Virus record (IMG/VR): IMGVR_UViG_3300045996_001975
Length of the DNA stretch: 37,066 nt
Direction: 5' to 3' (one strand)
Origin: a virus
The stretch's first letter is position 1. Each line of letters starts with the position of its first letter. The translations under genes were made by a program, and so were the position numbers. Shown one piece after another: positions 25,901-31,260 of the stretch. Under the pieces are notes generated by a model. It was not told where the DNA came from. It saw only the letters and a list, made by a program, of their open reading frames with translations, and did not search any database.

Positions 25901-25930
25901 ACGATACCTCAAGGTCAGCACGTGCGGCAA
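25901..25930 (-). promoter_or_regulatory. Leftward promoter of the divergent switch (TTGCCG-18-TATCGT-7-ATG 25893), leaderless
   Basis: On the minus strand the sequence is TTGCCGcacgtgctgaccttgaggTATCGTgtcgaccATG. Confidence 0.45.
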
Positions 25931-25936
25931 GTGACA

Positions 25937-25965
25937 TTGCATGTTCACTGTATTTGCGGTAGGGT
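25937..25965 (+). promoter_or_regulatory. Rightward promoter of the divergent switch (TTGCAT-17-TAGGGT-6-ATG 25972), leaderless
   Basis: The sequence is TTGCATgttcactgtatttgcggTAGGGTagtggtATG. The two -35 boxes are back to back, 6 bp apart. Confidence 0.5.
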
Positions 25966-25971
25966 AGTGGT

Positions 25972-26238
25972 ATGACGATAGATTACAGGCTGAGTCGCCT
26001 GATCGAGATCGCCGAAGGGGAGCTAGCCCGAACCGGCGGGGATGAGATGCCGGAGGAAACGGCCTACGCCCTGGCGCGTGGCGTCTTCGGGCAGGTCGAG
26101 GGAGCGTCGGAGGTTTACGGCATCTGCTCGGAGCTGGAATCCAACTTCCGGCGATCGCGCGAACTCTGGGACGCGCTGATTCAAGAGGTGCGCGACCGGC
26201 AGGCGCGGTTGCGCCAGATCGGACAGGAGGAATCATGA
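25972..26238 (+). CDS. Hypothetical early protein (88 aa)
   Basis: First gene of the rightward arm. Acidic and helical. Leaderless context. Confidence 0.65.
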   Translation: MTIDYRLSRLIEIAEGELARTGGDEMPEETAYALARGVFGQVEGASEVYGICSELESNFRRSRELWDALIQEVRDRQARLRQIGQEES

Positions 26239-26507
26239 GCGGTGACATGGATTACAACGACGCCATCGCCCTCATGACTGAGGCGGGAGAGACGGCGGAA
26301 GCGATCGTGGCGGCGATCGCCGCCGTCGAGTCCGAGCAGGACAAGCTCGTCGGCCTGCTCCGCCAGCTGAAGGAGGGCACGGGGACCAGCGGAAGCGCGC
26401 CGGTCTTCGGCTACGCCGACCAGGTCGGCATCAGTCTCAGCGACGCGAAGGTGAACGCTCACGGCGTAGCCCAGATCATGTCGCGCAGTATCGCCCTGCT
26501 GGGGTAG
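26235..26507 (+). CDS. Hypothetical protein (90 aa)
   Basis: ATGA overlap with the upstream stop. Acidic, Ala-rich and helical. Confidence 0.65.
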   Translation: MSGDMDYNDAIALMTEAGETAEAIVAAIAAVESEQDKLVGLLRQLKEGTGTSGSAPVFGYADQVGISLSDAKVNAHGVAQIMSRSIALLG

Positions 26508-26521
26508 GCAAAAGAAAATCA

Positions 26522-26560
26522 CGCGGGGCATTGCACATGCAGTGCCCCGCGTGCTATAGT
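26522..26560 (+). promoter_or_regulatory. Cassette 1: terminator-like hairpin (9-bp stem) with -35 TTGCAC in its loop, plus extended -10 TGCTATAGT
   Basis: cgcggggca (26522-26530) pairs with tgccccgcg (26543-26551). TTGCAC lies at 26531-26536, followed by an 18-nt spacer and TATAGT at 26555-26560. A 36-nt identical copy lies at 27041-27076. Confidence 0.55.
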
Positions 26561-26604
26561 TATCTCATAAGGAAAGAGGTAGCCCGAACCGAGAGGGAGC
26601 AGAA

Positions 26605-26781
26605 ATGATCGAGATGACTGAAACTCAGATGGACGACATGATCAACGCCGAGCGGGACGAAGAGCGGGCGAAGACGGCGGCCGACGTCCTGGCCGCCCTG
26701 AAGGATTTCCTGTCGAGTTGCGAGCCCGGCGAGCGGGCCGGACTGAAGCTGGCGATTCAGATCGTCGAAAGCAACTTCTGA
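26605..26781 (+). CDS. Unlisted micro-ORF (58 aa), MIEMTETQMDDMINAERDEERAKTAADVLAALKDFLSSCEPGERAGLKLAIQIVESNF
   Basis: ATG lies 5 nt after SD GAGAGGGAG in the conserved leader. High GC3. A perfect palindromic terminator follows. It is below the track cutoff, and the track shows only antisense ORFs here. Confidence 0.6.
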   Translation: MIEMTETQMDDMINAERDEERAKTAADVLAALKDFLSSCEPGERAGLKLAIQIVESNF

Positions 26782-26786
26782 GGAAA

Positions 26787-26830
26787 AGAAAGGGAGGGGG
26801 TTGCGCAACCCCCTCCCTTTCTGATACACT
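26787..26830 (+). promoter_or_regulatory. Cassette 2: 36-nt perfect palindrome (terminator) with -35 TTGCGC at its apex, plus extended -10 TGATACACT
   Basis: aagaaagggagggggttgc / gcaaccccctccctttctt spans 26787-26822. TTGCGC lies at 26801-26806, followed by an 18-nt spacer and TACACT at 26825-26830. Confidence 0.6.
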
Positions 26831-26873
26831 GTACTTACAAGGAAAGAGGTAGCCCGAACCGAGAGGGAGCGAA

Positions 26874-27032
26874 ATGATCGAGAACATCAAGCAGGCGAAC
26901 GAGTACTTCGAGGCCGTTGAGGGAACCCCGATGGAGAGGCTGGCGCGGCTGTACATCGCCTCCCCGGCCCTGCGCCGGATTCAGCGGGCCGCCCGGAAGT
27001 ACGAAACTTTCGCTCCCATCAAGCGGGTCTGA
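26874..27032 (+). CDS. Unlisted micro-ORF (52 aa), MIENIKQANEYFEAVEGTPMERLARLYIASPALRRIQRAARKYETFAPIKRV
   Basis: It has the same 32-nt leader and SD as cassette 1 and also starts MIE. The cassette-3 hairpin follows. Confidence 0.55.
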   Translation: MIENIKQANEYFEAVEGTPMERLARLYIASPALRRIQRAARKYETFAPIKRV

Positions 27033-27041
27033 GAAACAGAG

Positions 27042-27080
27042 CGCGGGGCATTGCACATGCAGTGCCCCGCGTGCTACACT
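27042..27080 (+). promoter_or_regulatory. Cassette 3: the cassette-1 hairpin repeated, with -35 TTGCAC in the loop and extended -10 TGCTACACT
   Basis: cgcggggca (27042-27050) pairs with tgccccgcg (27063-27071). TTGCAC lies at 27051-27056 and TACACT at 27075-27080. Confidence 0.55.
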
Positions 27081-27121
27081 TACTTCACAAGACGAGGTAA
27101 CCCGAACCGAGAGGGACTGAG

Positions 27122-27355
27122 ATGAACGAGGTCACCACCGTCAACCGCCGGGCCTACGTCATTGCGCTGGCCACCGACGCGAAGGACGGCAAGCGGCTGG
27201 GCGAGTTCAAGACCACCATGAAGGCCGCCGGGTTCGAGGGCCGCGCTGGTGGATACATCTACGCTCCGGGCGCCGGCAGTCCGATCTGCCAGGGCTGGCG
27301 CAAATTGGCCGAGAGGGTCACCCAGGACCACTCGCTAGTCACGCAGCTCGCCTAG
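27122..27355 (+). CDS. Hypothetical protein (77 aa)
   Basis: Listed ORF. It is preceded by a variant of the conserved leader (..GGTAACCCGAACCGAGAGGGAC..). A 10-bp GC hairpin follows. Confidence 0.65.
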   Translation: MNEVTTVNRRAYVIALATDAKDGKRLGEFKTTMKAAGFEGRAGGYIYAPGAGSPICQGWRKLAERVTQDHSLVTQLA

Positions 27356-27363
27356 CCCGCCCC

Positions 27364-27395
27364 GCCCCGGCGCTCACTTCCCCGGGCGCCGGGGC
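27364..27395 (+). terminator. GC-rich hairpin after the 77-aa gene
   Basis: gccccggcgc (27364-27373) pairs with gcgccggggc (27386-27395), with a 12-nt loop. Confidence 0.45.
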
Positions 27396-27422
27396 ACCCC
27401 AACCGCAAAGGAGAATACGATC

Positions 27423-27803
27423 ATGAGCAGCAAGCAGAAGTGGGAGTACCGGGCCGGACTCATCGCCCGCAATGCCGGCATGACCGAAGAGCCGCCCCAG
27501 GGCTCCGTCGCGGATCGGGTGCTGGAGGTCTTCACGTCGTTGCGCGAGCAGCAGATCGAGGCCTACATCAACGGACCGATCCCACAGCACACCTCGCGGT
27601 ACGCTACCGCGGGAGCGTCGGATCTGGAATGGTCAGAAGACGGCACCCCGTGGCACGGCGACGACCGCCCCGTGGCGCGCTTCACGTTCGAATGCGTCCG
27701 TTCGTCCGTCGCCGAGTCGGTCCTGATGACCTTCCGGGCGTACGGCTTCATCTGCGATCGCATCGACCTGACCGTCACCGTGTCCACGACGACCAGCGAC
27801 TAA
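27423..27803 (+). CDS. Hypothetical protein (126 aa)
   Basis: SD AAGGAG lies 7 nt upstream. The composition looks protein-like. Confidence 0.7.
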   Translation: MSSKQKWEYRAGLIARNAGMTEEPPQGSVADRVLEVFTSLREQQIEAYINGPIPQHTSRYATAGASDLEWSEDGTPWHGDDRPVARFTFECVRSSVAESVLMTFRAYGFICDRIDLTVTVSTTTSD

Positions 27804-27921
27804 CATACCCCAGTGCCGAACTACCTGCCCCTCCGCCCCGCGCTGCTCGCGCACGCACTGCACGTCCGGTATGTGCGCGAGCAACTATCCCCTTCCCCTC
27901 TCCTGTGCTGGAGACTCGATC

Positions 27922-28353
27922 ATGGCGACAGTGCAGCTTACGGCCTGGCGGGACGTGACCCCCTGGTCGGTGGTGCTGGACCCGGCCGACGACCGCTGGA
28001 CCGTACTTCCGTCCTACCCCCGTGGGGTATTCAGGCTGCGACAGTGGCTGCCCCCGTACGCGGTCGTGACGCTGACCCCCGCCCCGGGCGACACCGTTCC
28101 GGTCGTCGTACTCGACGAGCGCGAAGTCGTCGCGCTCCTGCACCGCGAGCTGGGAGCGGTGGCCATACCCGACCTCATCACCTGTCGCGCTGAAGCTGAC
28201 GCGCACGCACGGGAGATGCACGACGTGCCGATGGCCCAGATCGACCGCTGGCACCGCTCCGACGACGAGTGGAAGCGCTGGCACATCGGCCTGCATACTG
28301 GCCAGGCGGGCGCCCCTTACGCGCTCATGTCCGTACCGCACACGCACCAGTAG
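27922..28353 (+). CDS. Hypothetical protein (143 aa; start ATG 27922)
   Basis: SD GGAGA lies upstream of ATG 27922 (MATVQLTAWRDV...). The listed start at 27871 lacks an SD. Confidence 0.6.
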   Translation: MATVQLTAWRDVTPWSVVLDPADDRWTVLPSYPRGVFRLRQWLPPYAVVTLTPAPGDTVPVVVLDEREVVALLHRELGAVAIPDLITCRAEADAHAREMHDVPMAQIDRWHRSDDEWKRWHIGLHTGQAGAPYALMSVPHTHQ

Positions 28354-28366
28354 AGAGGCTACGCAC

Positions 28367-28567
28367 ATGTTCTGGAATCACCCCACGCTCGCCCTCTTGC
28401 TCGTCCTGCTCGCGATCGTCGGACGCTACCGGCGCATCGGTCACCACTCCTACGGCAAGCCCGCCTCCGCCATCCTCGGCCGGCTCTACGCCGAGCGGCA
28501 CGCCGCGCTGGGACGCCACCTGTCGACCTCGTGGCCCGGTACCGTGGTTGCCCGCCATGTCGCCTGA
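28367..28567 (+). CDS. Small membrane protein (66 aa)
   Basis: SD AGAGAGG. N-terminal TM helix LALLLVLLAIVG. Confidence 0.55.
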   Translation: MFWNHPTLALLLVLLAIVGRYRRIGHHSYGKPASAILGRLYAERHAALGRHLSTSWPGTVVARHVA

Positions 28568-28724
28568 AGGGGGCGGCGAACTGGACGAGTTGGACGCCAT
28601 GCTCAAGCCGACCCGTACCCGCGACCCGAACCTGGCGGAGATGCTGGAGTACCTCGCCCTCACGGCCATCATGGCCTTATGCCTGATGGGGCTGGCCCTG
28701 CTCATCGTTCCGATCTTCATTTGA
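28557..28724 (+). CDS. Small C-tail-anchored membrane protein (55 aa)
   Basis: In-frame ATG 28557 inside track ORF 28269-28724. The sequence is MSPEGGGELDELDAML... followed by the TM helix LALTAIMALCLMGLALLIVPIFI. The upstream part of the track ORF is Arg/Pro/Ser-rich junk. Confidence 0.45.
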   Translation: MSPEGGGELDELDAMLKPTRTRDPNLAEMLEYLALTAIMALCLMGLALLIVPIFI

Positions 28725-28750
28725 CAAAGGCACTGCACCTGCGGTAGGAT
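28721..28750 (+). promoter_or_regulatory. Promoter TTGACA-18-TAGGAT-6-ATG 28757 (leaderless)
   Basis: The sequence is atTTGACAAAGGCActgcacctgcggTAGGATtggcacATG. It shares the 14-nt block ATTTGACAAAGGCA with the promoter at 30070. Confidence 0.55.
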
Positions 28751-28756
28751 TGGCAC

Positions 28757-29200
28757 ATGACAACTGACCTGATATCGCTACTCGACTCCAGCAACACCGC
28801 GACATCGTTTCGCGCACTGGCCGACGCCATGCGCGCGGACGCCGGGCGCCGTACCGCCAACAAGCGGCCGGAGCTGGCCGAGCTGCCCAAGTCCGCGCTG
28901 AACGGGGTGGCCGACCTGCTCGACAAGCTGGCGGACGCGCTGCCCTGGCCGGCCGCTGAGGTCGAGCGCGCTCAGGCCGGCCCCACCTCTGTCGACCTGT
29001 CGCACCTGGCCGTGAGCGAGCTTCCATCGGACGTCGTGGCCAACGCTCAGGCCGTGGTCGACTCGCTTCCCGACGGAGAGCTGACCGTAGCCGTCGAAGA
29101 GCTGCCGTTCCCGCCGTTCATGATCCTCTGGCCGATCGGTGTTCCGGCGCCGCACGACGACAGTGAGGATGAGCCGGAGGACGAAGGCCCAAAAGCCTGA
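28757..29200 (+). CDS. Hypothetical acidic protein (147 aa)
   Basis: Listed ORF with a leaderless context and an acidic C terminus (HDDSEDEPEDEG). Confidence 0.65.
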   Translation: MTTDLISLLDSSNTATSFRALADAMRADAGRRTANKRPELAELPKSALNGVADLLDKLADALPWPAAEVERAQAGPTSVDLSHLAVSELPSDVVANAQAVVDSLPDGELTVAVEELPFPPFMILWPIGVPAPHDDSEDEPEDEGPKA

Positions 29201-29268
29201 GCGGCGATGAGCCGCGCTACCGCCAGACACGCTCACCGTCGCAACTGTCCGCGTATGACAACTGCGGG

Positions 29269-30087
29269 TTGCAGTACGGTCTCAAGTATAGGTTGCGCAG
29301 ACCTCGGCGTCCCATGTGGGCGAGCATCGGCGGCATCGCTTATCACGCCTGCGTCCGCGAGTTCGAGACAGACATGTTCGAGGTGGACCCGTTCTGCTCG
29401 GACGGCGGGGACGACTACTGGGAATCGCGCGCCACCATGCACGCGGACAAGTTCGCGAAGCACTTCGCCAACGCCACGGCTGAAGAGCAGCTGAAGTCCG
29501 ACGTGCCGATGAAGGACTGGTACGTCAACAGCGCCAAGGAAGATCGGGACTGGTGGCTCACCAACGGGCCGGGGATGGTGCACCGCTACATCATGGCCCA
29601 GCGCGGCCGCGAGTGCGTGCTGGCCACGGTGGACGGGGCGCCGGCCCTGGAGGTCGAGATCAATATCAACATCGACGGCGTGGACGTGAAGGGCTACATC
29701 GACCGGATCATGTACTACCCCGAGACGAAGCGGATCGTTATCGAGGACGACAAGACCGGCGCCCGCTGGCCGCAGGACCGCATCCAGCTCGACACGTATG
29801 CCGAGTGGGCGATCCTCAATGCCGATGCCTTCGGCGTGTCGGTCAAGTCGGTGTGGTCGCGCTACTGGCACGCCCGCAACGGTGAGCACATCCTGAGCAA
29901 GGAGTTCAACCCGGGCGCGGCCTACGCTCTCGCGTACCGCTATCGGCAGCTCGACCGGGCGGACCGGGCCGGCATCTATCCCGCTCGTCCGTCCAACCTG
30001 TGCAAGGCATGTCCGGTACGATCATCTTGCCCTGTCGTCGAGTCTGGCAACACCGACGTCTTCGTCGATTTGACAAAGGCAGGGTAA
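29269..30087 (+). CDS. Cas4/RecB-like PD-(D/E)XK exonuclease (272 aa as listed; conserved N terminus extends upstream to about 29197-29230)
   Basis: Motifs GYIDRIMY, IVIEDDKTG, QLDTYA and the C-terminal Cys cluster CKACPVRSSC. The in-frame upstream codons encode ..RSPSQLSAYDNCGLQYGLKYRL, the usual N-terminal Cys motif. No ATG/GTG/TTG lies between the stop at 29170-29172 and TTG 29269. Confidence 0.7.
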   Translation: MQYGLKYRLRRPRRPMWASIGGIAYHACVREFETDMFEVDPFCSDGGDDYWESRATMHADKFAKHFANATAEEQLKSDVPMKDWYVNSAKEDRDWWLTNGPGMVHRYIMAQRGRECVLATVDGAPALEVEININIDGVDVKGYIDRIMYYPETKRIVIEDDKTGARWPQDRIQLDTYAEWAILNADAFGVSVKSVWSRYWHARNGEHILSKEFNPGAAYALAYRYRQLDRADRAGIYPARPSNLCKACPVRSSCPVVESGNTDVFVDLTKAG

Positions 30088-30099
30088 GTGCAGTACAGT
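30070..30099 (+). promoter_or_regulatory. Promoter TTGACA-18-TACAGT (tandem TACAGTTACAGTTACA)
   Basis: The sequence is atTTGACAAAGGCAgggtaagtgcagTACAGT. It overlaps the Cas4-like stop codon. Confidence 0.5.
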
Positions 30100-30134
30100 T
30101 ACAGTTACAAGAACCGCTCAACGAAGGGACGCAC

Positions 30135-30317
30135 ATGAGCGAGCAGGGCAGCAACGACCTCCCGGTCCACGAGAGCTACCGGGCCGAGCGCGCGACCGAC
30201 CCCCACGCCGAGCCCCCGCTGGAGTCGCTGAAGGTCGAGCAGGAGACGGCCGAGGAGTCCGAGGGCGCCGACGAGCCGAACGGCGACAACCGGCGGAACG
30301 AGCAGAGCGAGAACTGA
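30135..30317 (+). CDS. Small highly acidic protein (60 aa)
   Basis: SD GAAGGGA lies upstream of ATG 30135. Sequence: MSEQGSNDLPVHESYRAERATDPHAEPPLESLKVEQETAEESEGADEPNGDNRRNEQSEN. Confidence 0.55.
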   Translation: MSEQGSNDLPVHESYRAERATDPHAEPPLESLKVEQETAEESEGADEPNGDNRRNEQSEN

Positions 30318-30323
30318 GCACTA

Positions 30324-30361
30324 CGCGCGCGCCACGATGGGTCGCACCAACGGCGCGCGCG
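30324..30361 (+). terminator. GC hairpin (10-bp stem, 18-nt loop) after the acidic ORF
   Basis: cgcgcgcgcc (30324-30333) pairs with ggcgcgcgcg (30352-30361). Confidence 0.4.
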
Positions 30362-30365
30362 ACAC

Positions 30366-30444
30366 GCCCCCGGCAGTGCACTGCCTAGGATAGTTCCCCG
30401 GTTCGCCGCTTGGGACGAGCGTGGTTCAAGTCCACGCGGGGGCA
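30366..30444 (+). ncRNA. tRNA-like RNA 1: canonical acceptor stem and T-arm, non-canonical D and anticodon regions (79 nt)
   Basis: The acceptor GCCCCCG (30366-30372) pairs perfectly with CGGGGGC (30437-30443). The T-arm is CGTGG-TTCAAGT-CCACG. Internally, a GGCAG-TGCA-CTGCC hairpin and a stem capped by a TTCG tetraloop replace the normal D and anticodon arms. Position 8 is not U. Confidence 0.4.
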
Positions 30445-30543
30445 CGGTTCGATCGTGGTTGGCGAGCCTGTGAACGGCTGCCATTCCCGTGGCGCCGGAA
30501 GAATAGGACGACCAGCGATCGAGGGCCGCGCGGGAACGCGGTC

Positions 30544-30616
30544 AGCGCGGTAGCTCAAATGGGAGAGTCGCTCCGAACCTGAGGGAGACATGCTGGTTCG
30601 AATCCAGTCCGCGCAC
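30544..30616 (+). tRNA. tRNA-like gene 2 (73 nt, canonical geometry; best reading is anticodon CCU/Arg, but with A33 and a weak anticodon stem); possible pseudo-tRNA or decoy tRNA
   Basis: U8, A14, G18G19 and A21 are present. The D-arm is GCTC-AAATGGGA-GAGT and the T-arm is GCTGG-TTCGAAT-CCAGT. Six of seven acceptor pairs form, with an A1:A72 mismatch. The anticodon region CTCC-G-AACCTGA-G-GGAG gives only 4 bp and lacks U33. Confidence 0.5.
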
Positions 30617-30641
30617 GTAGTCAACAACAGAGAGGGGAATC

Positions 30642-31115
30642 ATGCGGTTCCGTAAGCACATCTTCCCGGCCATCGCGGTCGCGCTGATGCTCATCGTCGG
30701 CCTGGCCGCCGCTCCCGCCGACGCGCAGGCCGGCCGCCCCCGGGTCGCCGCCGCCGTCGGTGTGGTGGACTGCACGCCCAACGGCATTTCGTGGGGGCCC
30801 TGGAAGTACATCGGTCCGAACGACTCGGCCGCCGGCAAGATCTGCGGCTCGCCGGGCGTCGGGCAGGCTGCGGTGCGCACCTGGGACCGGGCCTCGGACG
30901 GCCAGTGCGTGTCGATCTTCTTTCAGATCAACCAGGGCGCCACGATCTACTACGGCGGGACGACCAGCTGCGGCATCGGCGTGATCACGGCGGGCTGGAC
31001 ACCGGCCTACCCGGTCTATGAGGTGTTCGTGGCCAAGCACCCCACCGGCCAGAACACGTGGTCCGCGGTGACGGGTTGGCGGTACCTGTGCGGGCCCACT
31101 CAGAACTGCGCTTGA
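30642..31115 (+). CDS. Secreted Cys-rich protein with a Sec signal peptide (157 aa)
   Basis: MRFRKHIFPAIAVALMLIVGLAAAPADAQA is a signal peptide with an AxA cleavage motif. The mature part has six Cys. SD GAGAGGGGA. Confidence 0.7.
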   Translation: MRFRKHIFPAIAVALMLIVGLAAAPADAQAGRPRVAAAVGVVDCTPNGISWGPWKYIGPNDSAAGKICGSPGVGQAAVRTWDRASDGQCVSIFFQINQGATIYYGGTTSCGIGVITAGWTPAYPVYEVFVAKHPTGQNTWSAVTGWRYLCGPTQNCA

Positions 31116-31260
31116 CGCACACCGCACCTACAGTGTAAGCTGTAAGTGTCGCCCCCGCACTTCGGGTAGGCCGAGAAAGACTGGCCAGTAGTCAGCCCGT
31201 TCGAGCCGGGCCGGGGGCGCGCAACCCTGAACACCCAGCACCCAGATTGAACGGAGCACC

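Noticed and set aside
26560-27056. Three minus-strand ORFs (89, 104 and 73 aa) across the cassette region
   Set aside because: They are antisense to SD-preceded plus-strand micro-ORFs, run through the terminator palindromes and promoters, and have a low-complexity Pro/Ser/Arg composition.
26522-27080. Possibility that the repeated hairpins form a CRISPR array
   Set aside because: There are only three units, and the repeats are not identical across all of them (unit 2 differs). The 'spacers' of about 230 bp contain SD-preceded ORFs. The repeats carry promoter hexamers at fixed spacing. This is not CRISPR architecture.
29207-29494. 95-aa plus-strand ORF starting at ATG 29207
   Set aside because: Ser/Arg/Cys/Thr-rich junk that is out of frame with the clearly recognisable Cas4-like sequence. 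I keep it only as a possible initiation site for a frameshifted start (see findings).
30366-30444. tRNA-like 1 as tRNA-Sec or tmRNA
   Set aside because: The 5-bp/4-nt first hairpin recalls the tRNA-Sec D-arm. However, the element is only 79 nt, has a 7-bp acceptor, no UCA loop and no long variable arm. It has no tmRNA-type 5' end or tag reading frame.
30366-30616. tRNA-like elements as attP cores for tRNA-targeted integration
   Set aside because: No integrase or excisionase-like gene is visible anywhere in the 36.9-kb unit. Both elements contain complete acceptor stems (5' and 3' halves), not just a 3' tRNA fragment.
31113-31135. TTGACG ... TACAGT as a promoter for the P/Q-rich gene
   Set aside because: The spacer is only 11 nt, incompatible with the 17-18 nt seen at every other predicted promoter in this genome.
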